Source of the DNA: a virus
Lineage: Duplodnaviria > Caudoviricetes
IMG/VR virus record: IMGVR_UViG_3300015607_001184
Location: 4,082 to 68,081 of that record
Direction: 5' to 3' (one strand)
DNA length: 64,000 nucleotides
Position numbers and translations under genes: made by a program. Below are positions 25,371 to 34,700 of the stretch, in pieces (within the stretch, counting starts at the first letter, position 1; each line of letters starts with the position of its first letter). The notes beneath the pieces are model-generated. The model was not told where the DNA came from. It saw only the letters and a program-made list of their open reading frames with translations, and ran no database searches.

Positions 25371-27971
25371 ATGGCTGACGATTTCACAGAAGACCTCGCC
25401 TCGACCGCCGATCTGGCAGACGCCACCACGTCTGACGAGCAGCATCGCATGGAGATCGAGCGAGCCAAGCGCCGCACGATCAAGACCGTCTCGCTGACCG
25501 ACAACGAGAAGGCGCTGCTAGACCGCGTGGCCGACAAGAACCAGCGCAAGAAGATCGCGGAATCGATTAAGAGGACCAAGGGCCGTTTCCCGGTGTCGGA
25601 GGGCTGGGCCGCACCGGAAGCGAGCAAGCTGGTCACCAACAAGGCGGGTGAGCTGAAGACCGACAAGAGCGGGACGCCAAAGATCGGCTACAAGGGCATC
25701 GGCTTCAACTACGACCGCGACGACGCCGGAAAGAAGCTGCAGCGCTACACGCCGGAGTACGACCGCGCCGTCAAGGCGGTAACCAACCGGGCGCTGAACG
25801 AGATCCGTAAGACAATCGCGCGCGCCGAGGCCGGTGACCTGAATGCCCAGAAGACGCTGCGGCAGGTCGGCTGGTATCGCGAGGCGATGAAACGCGAGAT
25901 CGACCGGCGCGGCGGTGCCCACATGGCCTTCGCCGACCTGCTCGGGGCGACATCCCCAAACACCGTCGTCTCGGAGAACTATAAGCTGGCCGACCTTGCC
26001 CAGCAGGGCCACGCACGGGGCGACTTCGACGCACAGAACGAGTTCATGGCCCGGTACAACGGCAACATGAACGACTACCCTGAAGATCAGCTGATCAGAA
26101 AGAAGAGCGGGGCCCAATTCGGCATGAACAGCCGAACCGCCTCCATGGCGATGACTGACCGCTGGTCGCAGGAGGAGCCCGGGCAGGCACCCAAGGCGCG
26201 CAATTTCTCCGGCAACCTGTCGGGCCGCTCGGACAAGGCCACCATCGATGTGTGGGCGGCGCGCTTCCTCAACCGCATGGCCCAAAAGGCCCGCGTCCCG
26301 GTGCCGTCGCAGATGGGCGTCGAAGGCGACATGCGCCCTGACAGACCCGACCGCAAGATGGTCGGCCCGGTCCGGCTGCGCGCCTCCGGTGAGTTCGGCT
26401 TCGGGCAGGACGTGTTCGACATGCTGGCCAAGCGCCTGAAGACGACAGGCGAGCTGGCGCCATACCTGAAAGAGCTTGGCTACAAGCACGCCACGCCAGC
26501 CGACCTGCAGGCGCTGACGTGGTTCATCGAGAAAGAGCACTGGGCCAAGAACGACTGGACCTCAGCGGCAGGCGAGGGTGGCTCATTCGAAGATGAGCAG
26601 GCGCGCCAGCCCTTGCACCGCTATCAGGCAGGGTTCTCGATCCAGCAGGACGCGCCGCCGAGCGACGAAATGATGCACGAGGCCGCCCAGCACATCCACA
26701 ATGGGTTGGCGAGCGACGACAAGGTGCGCGTCTTCCGCGTCAATCCGACCTATGGCCGGTACGGCGGCGAGAACGAGCGCAGTTTCGACTCCGAGGTCAC
26801 CGCGCACCCGGACTGGGATCCGAGCGACTGGATGATCCGTCATCTGGAGCTGGCCAAGCAGCACAACCAGAAGGACGTGTTTTTCTCACGCCGCCTCGAC
26901 CCGGAGGAGGCCGACGAGCACCCCAACGCGCGCCCGGGCGTCGAGATCTATTTCAAGAACCGCAAGGCCATGGAGGCGGCCCAGCCGGTCCTCGACAGGT
27001 TCACGAACAAGGGCATTGACGGCTTCACCTACATCACCGACCTGCGTCACTCCCACCGCACCGCCAAGGGCGCCGACAGCAAGGACTACGTCGGCGTCAG
27101 GCTGCAGTGGGTGCCGGAGATCTCGCAGCGCTGGGACGACGAATTGCGCGACCGCTGGGAGCAGGATCCAGAGGCCCTGAAGGCCGACAAGATGGACGCT
27201 CTGGAGCGCATGCAGGACGTGATTCACCATCTTGATAAGCATAAGCACGGCATTGTTGACGCACGCATCCATAATTATGATACAGTGGTATCTGGGAAAG
27301 AGGACTACGATGACCACATCCGTGAACTCAGAGAAGCCCAGCGCACATCTGGAAATGCTGCGGGAGCAGCTCGCACGGTCGCTCCGCAAGTACGGGGAGG
27401 ACTCTCTCTCCACGAGAACATTGCGCGCCGAAATCGCGCGCTTCGAACGGCGGAGGAAGGAGGGTCGTCAGGACCACCACCAGCACTGGACGGCGGGCCG
27501 GACCTGAAATTCAAGAAGGGCGGCAAGGTCCCGCCCTACGAGCCGGGGTCGCCGATCCACCATCCGGTGGCCGACGATCCTATCATCATTGGCGCCATCG
27601 AGAGCGACGTGCCCGGCAGGACCGACAAGCACGAGTGCTCGGTCCCCGCCGGTTCCTACGTCATCCCCGCTGACGTGGTGAGCGCGCTCGGCCAAGGCAA
27701 CACCTTGGCTGGGCAGCGGGTGCTTGACCAGCGCTTCCGGCAGGGCCAGCACGGCCTCCCCGACATTCATGCCCACATGGCCAGAGGCGGCCCCGCCACG
27801 ACGGTCCCCGTCGTTCTGGCGGGTGGCGAGTATGTCGTCGCCCCGGCAGCCGTGGCGCGCGCTGGTATGGGCAACCTTGACCGGGGGCACCGGGCGCTCG
27901 ACAAGTTCGTGCGAGCAACCCGCGCCAAGACCGTGAAGACGCTGCGCAAACTGCCTCCGCCGAAGAAGTGA
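25371..27971 (+). CDS. Polyvalent internal/ejection protein: helical DNA-acting domain, SAM-lyase-like domain, tandem GEYV domains
   Basis: ATG 25371 after GAGGG; motifs GWY, LLGATSP, KARNFSGNL.G..ATIDVWAAR; GRY..ENERSF..LAKQHNQKDVFF; GRTD...GSYVIPADVV..LG and GGEYVV. Confidence 0.7.
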   Translation: MADDFTEDLASTADLADATTSDEQHRMEIERAKRRTIKTVSLTDNEKALLDRVADKNQRKKIAESIKRTKGRFPVSEGWAAPEASKLVTNKAGELKTDKSGTPKIGYKGIGFNYDRDDAGKKLQRYTPEYDRAVKAVTNRALNEIRKTIARAEAGDLNAQKTLRQVGWYREAMKREIDRRGGAHMAFADLLGATSPNTVVSENYKLADLAQQGHARGDFDAQNEFMARYNGNMNDYPEDQLIRKKSGAQFGMNSRTASMAMTDRWSQEEPGQAPKARNFSGNLSGRSDKATIDVWAARFLNRMAQKARVPVPSQMGVEGDMRPDRPDRKMVGPVRLRASGEFGFGQDVFDMLAKRLKTTGELAPYLKELGYKHATPADLQALTWFIEKEHWAKNDWTSAAGEGGSFEDEQARQPLHRYQAGFSIQQDAPPSDEMMHEAAQHIHNGLASDDKVRVFRVNPTYGRYGGENERSFDSEVTAHPDWDPSDWMIRHLELAKQHNQKDVFFSRRLDPEEADEHPNARPGVEIYFKNRKAMEAAQPVLDRFTNKGIDGFTYITDLRHSHRTAKGADSKDYVGVRLQWVPEISQRWDDELRDRWEQDPEALKADKMDALERMQDVIHHLDKHKHGIVDARIHNYDTVVSGKEDYDDHIRELREAQRTSGNAAGAARTVAPQVRGGLSLHENIARRNRALRTAEEGGSSGPPPALDGGPDLKFKKGGKVPPYEPGSPIHHPVADDPIIIGAIESDVPGRTDKHECSVPAGSYVIPADVVSALGQGNTLAGQRVLDQRFRQGQHGLPDIHAHMARGGPATTVPVVLAGGEYVVAPAAVARAGMGNLDRGHRALDKFVRATRAKTVKTLRKLPPPKK
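27310..27507 (+). CDS. Overprinted 65-aa protein in +1 frame inside the 25371-27971 gene
   Basis: GAGGA 6 nt before ATG; GC-ending codons in this frame; helical sequence LREQLARSLRKYGEDSLSTRTLRAEIARFE. Confidence 0.55.
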   Translation: MTTSVNSEKPSAHLEMLREQLARSLRKYGEDSLSTRTLRAEIARFERRRKEGRQDHHQHWTAGRT

Positions 27972-28029
27972 CGGGATAGCGAATCCGTGCGCGCTCGTGC
28001 ATGCATGTGATGCCGATCTGGGGAAGCGA

Positions 28030-28512
28030 ATGGTCGACTACGCCACAGAGGTCCGTCTCGCGGTCCAGTCCGACGAAGAGGACATCATGGTCCTGTGCCG
28101 GTTACTCCACAAGGAGAACGGCCTGTGGACGCTCAACGAGCAAAAGGTGCGCCATATGCTTCGGCGCGCGTGGCGTAAAGAATTTGCCATTGTCGGAATT
28201 GTCGGGAAACCCGGCGCCCTTGAGGGCATGATCTTGCTGGTGCTCGACCAGCCTTGGTACTCGGACGACTGGATGCTTGAGGAGATGCTCAACTACGTTC
28301 ACCCGGAGCATCGCAAGTCGGGCCACGCGAAGCGCCTTGTCGAGTTCGCGAAGAAGACATCGGAGGGGCTTGGTATCCCTCTGATGATCGGCATCATCTC
28401 AAATGAGCGCACGGAAGCGAAGGTAAAGCTGTACCAGCGGCAACTGGGAAGCCCGGCTGGAGCCTTCTTTGTCTACGGAGCCCGAACGGGCGACGTGGGG
28501 GCGGAGCACTGA
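28030..28512 (+). CDS. GNAT-fold acetyltransferase preceding ejection proteins
   Basis: PWYSDDWMLEE..YVHPEHRKSGHAKRLVEFAK acetyl-CoA motif A. Confidence 0.75.
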   Translation: MVDYATEVRLAVQSDEEDIMVLCRLLHKENGLWTLNEQKVRHMLRRAWRKEFAIVGIVGKPGALEGMILLVLDQPWYSDDWMLEEMLNYVHPEHRKSGHAKRLVEFAKKTSEGLGIPLMIGIISNERTEAKVKLYQRQLGSPAGAFFVYGARTGDVGAEH

Positions 28513-28513
28513 C

Positions 28514-31500
28514 ATGGGTTCGAAGAGCAGCAAGCCGACCACCACGGTAACTCAGGCCGGGATCCCCGACTACCTGAAGAAGAATTACGAGACGCTGACC
28601 AAGGCGGCGACCAAACTGGCGACGCAGCCATTCAACCCGTACAAGGGCGAGATGGTCGCGGGCCTGACGGCGGCTCAGGAGCAGGCCATCGCCCGCATGG
28701 GCGAAATTCAGGGCATTGGCGACCCGTATTTTCAGGCTGGCGCAGACGCGCTGAGCAAAGTCGGGCAGTTCACCGACAAGGCGCTGGAATACGGCGACAA
28801 GGCGCTAACCTACACCGACAAGGGGTCGCAGTACGGGGCGACCGCCGCAGAGATCGCGGGCGACCTCCGGAACACGCAGATCACGCCCATCGAGTGGAGC
28901 CAAGAACAGCTCGACAAGTACATGAATCCCTATCAGGCCGAGGTCATTCGGGCTACGATGGGGAACATCGCCGAGAACAACGCCCAGCAGATGCAGGGCC
29001 TCATCGGCAACGCCATTTCCAAGGGCGCATGGGGCGGCGACCGGGCAGGCATCGCTCAGGCCGCCATGGCGCGCCAGCAGGATTTGGCGGCAAACCAGAC
29101 GCTGGCGCAGCTCAACGCGCAGAACTACCAGCAGGCGATGGCGCAGTTCAACGTGCAGCAGCAGGTTGACTTGCAGCGGCAGCAGGCCAATGCGGCCCTG
29201 AAGGCGCAGGCTGGCGGCATGTACACGGGCCTTGGCGGCCTGCAGGCACAGCTGGGTGGCGTGACCGGCCAGCTGGGGAGCATGGCGGCGCAGCTCGGGC
29301 AGGTGCAGGCTGGCGTCGGATCTGCCTATGGCTCTCTCGGCACGGGCATCTCACAGGCGGCGATCAATCAGGCCATGGGCCTTCTGCAGGCGGGGACCGT
29401 CGAGCAGCAGACCAATCAGGCCTACGACAATGCCCAGTATCAGGAGTTCATGCGCAGGCAGCAGTTCCCGTACCAGCAGCTTGGCTTCCTGTCGAACATC
29501 TACTATGGCCTCCCGGCGACCAACACCGGCACTTCGTCGACTTACGCTCCGGCCCCGTCCATGGGGTCGCAGATCGGTGGCGCGCTGCTCACCGGCCTTG
29601 GCGCCCTGTCTGACCGGCGGGCGAAGAAAGACATCGAGGGCCTCGGCCAGCTGAACGGCCATAACCTGTACAAATTCAAGTACAAGGGCGATCCGGACGA
29701 GCGCGAGCAGGTCGGCTTCATGGCCGACGAGGTCGAGAAGACGCACCCCGAAGCCGTCTCGGTGCGCCCCGACGGCCTGAAGCAGGTCAATTACGCTCTC
29801 GCCATGGCGGCCAAGTCTGCCGACGAGGTGACCCGCCAGAAGCGCGCATTTGGCGGCGGCCTCGGCGTCATGGACGATCCGTCCTTCGACCCCACCGCCG
29901 GAGGGTTCTCCGGCGTCGAGATGCCTCTGGATCGGCTGGCCCGGGCGCGCGCTGCGACCTCGGCAATCGAGTCCGGCGGGCGCTATGACGCTCTCGGCCC
30001 CATGGTGAAGGGCGACCGCGCCTATGGCCGCTATCAGGTCATGGGCAAGAACATTCCCAGCTGGACGGAGATGTATGCCGGGCGCCGCATGACGCCGGAC
30101 GAGTTCCGCGCCGACAAGGGGGCTCAAGACGCGGTCTACAACGGTCGCATGGGGATGTATCTCGACAAGTACGGCCCGGAGGGCGCCGCCCGGGCGTGGT
30201 TCACAGGATCCCCGACGGGCAAGGGCTCGGATGGGTACACCAGCGCCGACGACTACGCCTCCCGGTTCATGAAGGGGTACAACGGCGGAAACGCCGACAT
30301 CCCGCGCGGGGAGGAGGCGTCTTACACGCCGCCCGCTTCGGCCAATGATGGGTCCGATTTCAAGGGCGGTCTGGGCTGGTTCGACAAGCCGGGGCTGCTG
30401 ACCGGGGACATGATGTCGGGCGACATCCGCATGGGCCTCATGCAGGCTGGCGCGGCCATGATGGCTTCCAAGAGCCCCTATGCCGGGCAGGCGATTGGCG
30501 AGGGGCTGCAGTCCGGCCTTGGCGCCTATGCGGAGCTGCAGGAGAAGCGCCGCCGGGATGCTCTGGCGCAGTCGCAGATTGCCCACAGCAAGGGCGCACT
30601 GGGTCTGGCCGAGCGGCGGCTCAGTGCGGAAGTTCCGGAGATCGAAGCAAGGACCGCCGAGCTGAAACAGCGCACTGCGGCAGAGCGTTGGGATATTCGC
30701 CCCGGGCTCACTGGTTGGCAGGTCATCGACAGGACCAACCCGCAGGCTGGCGCTGTGATGGTGCCGTTTGGCGGACGATTCCCCGATGGCACAAAAGCCC
30801 CTCCCGCACCGGCTGGAGCATCGCCTGCCGGTGGCGGAGGCGCGGGCGGGGCTCCTACATCCCCTCCGGCTTCGCCCGCGCCAACCGCGCCCGCCGCGAC
30901 CACCGACCCAACGTCGGAATCCGGCAACCATTACGATCCGATCACCGGCAATGTGCGCCCCGGCCTGCCGCAGGACGGCTTCGCGCCGCCGCCCGCGCGC
31001 AGCGAGCCCGGCATCACCGAGATGGACCACAACGGCAACCGCTATCTGTCGGACGAGCCCGACGATCTGGCTCAGCCGGAGCAGTACCCGACCAACCCGC
31101 AGGCCTTCAACCCGGAAGCGCAGCCGGGCCTGTTGGCGGCGGGGCGCGAACAGTTGATGGCCGGGCAGGAAGCGGCCGAGAAGGCGCAGCAGGCCAAGAT
31201 CACCGCGCAGAACATGCGCGAGGCCATGTCGATCTTGAACAGCAATCGCTTCACCAAGGGCGGCGCAAATTTCGAGGAGAGGCTTGCGCTGGTGAAGAAG
31301 ATCAACATGATCGCTAACCTGATGGGCAAGCAGGCGCCCTACCAGAACGAGGAGGCGGCAGCCAACTCGCTGCAGAAGGACACGTTCCGCATGGGCATGC
31401 AGGCGCTGCAGTCGCTGGCGGGCGGCCAGCGCGAGGCGGGCTTCATGCAGCAGGCTGGCATCGGCGCCGTACCCAATGGCGAGCAGAACGGGCTTGGCCA

Positions 31501-31786
31501 GCAGCGCCTTATGGCGTCGCTGGAGGTGCAGTCACAGCGCATGATCGACATGCAGCGCTTCCGCGAGCAATGGGCGCGGGGGACCGGCGGCGACCTGACC
31601 GGCGCCGACAGCTACTTCAACCAGAAGCGGCCACCTTCCTACTACGCCCGCAAGACGGTGCTCCTGTCGGTGCCGCAGCCCGCCATCGCCGAACTGATGG
31701 CCGACCCCACCCCGTCCAAGATGCGTATCTTTGACAGCCATTTCGGCGCTGGGACTGCCCGACTTATCGTGACAGGGGGGCATTGA
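28514..31786 (+). CDS. DNA ejection/pilot protein with internal S74-type autocleavage domain and lysozyme-like domain
   Basis: TTTVTQ..IPDYLK, YMNPYQ, GAWGG.R, Q.PYQQLGFLSN; LSDRRAKKDI..YKFKYK..GFMADEVEK..P.AV; AIESGGRY..AYGRYQVM. Confidence 0.78.
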   Translation: MGSKSSKPTTTVTQAGIPDYLKKNYETLTKAATKLATQPFNPYKGEMVAGLTAAQEQAIARMGEIQGIGDPYFQAGADALSKVGQFTDKALEYGDKALTYTDKGSQYGATAAEIAGDLRNTQITPIEWSQEQLDKYMNPYQAEVIRATMGNIAENNAQQMQGLIGNAISKGAWGGDRAGIAQAAMARQQDLAANQTLAQLNAQNYQQAMAQFNVQQQVDLQRQQANAALKAQAGGMYTGLGGLQAQLGGVTGQLGSMAAQLGQVQAGVGSAYGSLGTGISQAAINQAMGLLQAGTVEQQTNQAYDNAQYQEFMRRQQFPYQQLGFLSNIYYGLPATNTGTSSTYAPAPSMGSQIGGALLTGLGALSDRRAKKDIEGLGQLNGHNLYKFKYKGDPDEREQVGFMADEVEKTHPEAVSVRPDGLKQVNYALAMAAKSADEVTRQKRAFGGGLGVMDDPSFDPTAGGFSGVEMPLDRLARARAATSAIESGGRYDALGPMVKGDRAYGRYQVMGKNIPSWTEMYAGRRMTPDEFRADKGAQDAVYNGRMGMYLDKYGPEGAARAWFTGSPTGKGSDGYTSADDYASRFMKGYNGGNADIPRGEEASYTPPASANDGSDFKGGLGWFDKPGLLTGDMMSGDIRMGLMQAGAAMMASKSPYAGQAIGEGLQSGLGAYAELQEKRRRDALAQSQIAHSKGALGLAERRLSAEVPEIEARTAELKQRTAAERWDIRPGLTGWQVIDRTNPQAGAVMVPFGGRFPDGTKAPPAPAGASPAGGGGAGGAPTSPPASPAPTAPAATTDPTSESGNHYDPITGNVRPGLPQDGFAPPPARSEPGITEMDHNGNRYLSDEPDDLAQPEQYPTNPQAFNPEAQPGLLAAGREQLMAGQEAAEKAQQAKITAQNMREAMSILNSNRFTKGGANFEERLALVKKINMIANLMGKQAPYQNEEAAANSLQKDTFRMGMQALQSLAGGQREAGFMQQAGIGAVPNGEQNGLGQQRLMASLEVQSQRMIDMQRFREQWARGTGGDLTGADSYFNQKRPPSYYARKTVLLSVPQPAIAELMADPTPSKMRIFDSHFGAGTARLIVTGGH

Positions 31787-34700
31787 GTGGAAGACGATCC
31801 CTTCGTCAAATACACCCGGCCGGGGTGGAACACGGAAGGCCAGCCGCCCGACATCCCGGAAGGCGGCGAGGATCCGTTCGCCAAGTACGTGCCCGGCTAC
31901 CGCAAGCCGTCGCAGACCAGCCGCACCAAGGATTTCGTACGGCAGCTGGGTGTCGGCGCCGTGCGCGGCGTCGAGATGGGCGCTGGAGCGGTCGGGAGCG
32001 CTCAGCATTCGTGGGATCAGGGCTGGGGCGGCATGATCAACCGTGGCGTCGCCCGCGCCGGGGCCGGAGCCTACAAGCTGTTCGGTGGCGACCCCAAAAA
32101 GGCCGACGAGTTCGTCGCCGACATCGACAAGCTCAACCCCATCGGCGAGGAGGAGGGCGATAGCTATAACGGCATGCCGACTGCTTCCGGCATGTTGAAG
32201 GCGGGAGAAGCCGTGCACGGCGCTCTGCCGGAGCCCGAAACCGACGATGGCAAGTATGGCCGCACCATCGGCGAGTTCGTCCCCTTCGCCACCAACCCCG
32301 CAGGCGCATTCAAGCAGGGCGTTCGTAAGGGTATTTGGCGGGCAGCAACGGATCTAACTGTTGGCGCCGCTGTCCCGGGGGCAGTCTCGGAGGCCGCCGG
32401 GCAAGCGACAGAAGGGACCCCTTTTGAAAGCGCGGCGCGTTTTGGTGCTGGCCTCTTGGGCGGCGCCGGGGCTGCTGGTGTGCGTGGTGTTGCTGGCGCC
32501 GCCCGCGAGGCCCGCGTGGCGCAGAGGCAGCTGAACAATTCCGAAGGCCAGATGCAATTGGCTGGACAGCGCATTGCCGACGCCGCCAATGCCGAGACGG
32601 CGGCAAAACGCGCCCGTCTTGCTGACCAGCTGGAGACAGAGCCAGTTGGTGCCCCCGGCGTCCATGAAACGACGGCGCAGCGCATCGGAACAAATTCCGG
32701 ACTCTATGATCTAGAAGAGCGGATGCGCGGCACCGATGCCGGTAGGCGCCCCTTCGCGGCGTTGGCGGAAAGCAACAACCAGCGCCTGACAAATGCACTG
32801 GAGGGCATGGAGGGGCAGACCAGCGCTGGGGAAGTGTCGCAGCAACTGCGTGCTTTGCGTGACGATATGGCCAGACGGGCGGATCAGGCTGTGGAGGCGG
32901 AGCGCGCCCGGGCGCGCGCGTCATCAGCCGCCATTCCGGATGAGCCCGCCCAAACGGTTGGGCAGGGCATCCGCGCCACCGCGCAGGACTGGCAGGACCG
33001 CGTGCGCCGCTATGTCTCGGGGCTCTACGGCATCGCCGAAAAGCATGGTGTTAACGCCGTCGATCACGGCCCGCTACTGAACAAGGTCGATGAGGTCTAT
33101 CGGCCCGATCTGTTCAAAGAGTTCACTGCGCCGGAAGTGAAGTTGGCTGAAGAAATCCGATCCTCTGCCGGGCAGATGCCAACCCTGAAACAGCTTGACA
33201 GTCTGGCGGGGCGAATATCGCGAGAGATGCGTGAAGCCAATAAAACCGGCGACCGACAGGTATATGGCCGCTTGACGCAGGTTCGGAGCGCTATTGAGCA
33301 GTCAATCGACGACACCATCGCGGCGCGCATCGCTCGCGAAAACAGCATGGTTGCAGCCGGAAGGATGATGCAAGAGGATACGCTTGGTAGGGCTATTGGG
33401 CGATATCATGCTGATTCCGACCTCATCCATGTCGACGCAAGAGCAGCTGGTGTGGGGGGACCGCCTTCTGGACCATCTGGATACGCTTCGACCCGGATTC
33501 CGCGAGATCCTGCTCTACAAGATCAGAACCGACCCGAACCCGGAACCGGTGGCCGTCGCAGCCCTGCGGGGCTATTACGAGATCTTCGGGGACGGGATGT
33601 ATCTGGATCTGGCGAACGATCCTTAGGGGTAGGCGCGCGGGCCTTGCGTCGGGCGCGCGGTGCCGCGCGCATGCAGCACGAAGTGTTCGATCAGGGCCCC
33701 CTTGACGATATTCTTGCGCCCGGGCGCGGCGTGAGAGGCTCTTATGGAACGCCCGAAAGCGATGTCCCCGGAAAGGTCTGGATAGCGGGGCGCCGGGGCG
33801 GCGAGACGATCCAGCAGTTCCTGCGCGGCCAGCAAGCGGCACGGCGCCCGGCTGATCAGGCTCTACAGCAGGTGTCGCAGGCAGCGGCCCTGTCCCTGCG
33901 CAACACGCGCGGCGCCTTCCGGCCGGACGGCACGCTCGACCCGGCCGTATACAAGGCGTGGGCCGAACGCCATAAAGAAGCGCTGAACGCCCACCCTCAA
34001 CTGAAGCAGGTGCTTGGGTCGGTGCAGCGCGCCTCCGAGACGCTCGACGCAACGGCCAAGACCGGCGCCCAGAAGATCGCCAATTTTGAGAAGGGAGCGG
34101 TTGCTGACCTGATCGGGCTACGCGACTCTAGTAGCGTGACCAAAGTAGTGGGCTCAATCATGCGCTCGCCTGACCCTGTCCAGAACATGCGCGAACTGGC
34201 GCAGCGCGTCGGTCGCAACCCGGACGGGTCGCGCAACGAGACGGCTTTGCGCGGCCTGCGTCGCGCCATCGTCGAAGACATGATGGGAAAGATCCAGAAC
34301 AAGACCGACATGGGTGTCACCGGTGGCCAGAAGTTGTCGTTTGGCCAAATGCGCAGCTATCTGAAGCAAAATCGGGCGGCAATGGCCACCGTCTTCCCGT
34401 CCGAGCAGATCCGGCAGATGGATCGTATCCTTGCCCAGATGGGCAGGCTGGAACGCTCGCGTACAGCCACCGTGTCGGTGCAGGGTGGTCCGGGAACAGC
34501 TGAAAAGATCCTCGCTCAGGGCCACAAGATGGCCAGCACCTCGCCAAGCTTTCTCGATGTGCTGTTCTCCTCGCAGGCTATGGGCGAAACGGCCGGAGCG
34601 GTGGCTGGAAGCGCCGTCGGCGCGCCGGGCGTAGGCGCCATGGTTGGGCGCCATATTGGGTCGGGTTACGCGCTGGCCAAGTTCCTGCTTGGCAAAAGCG

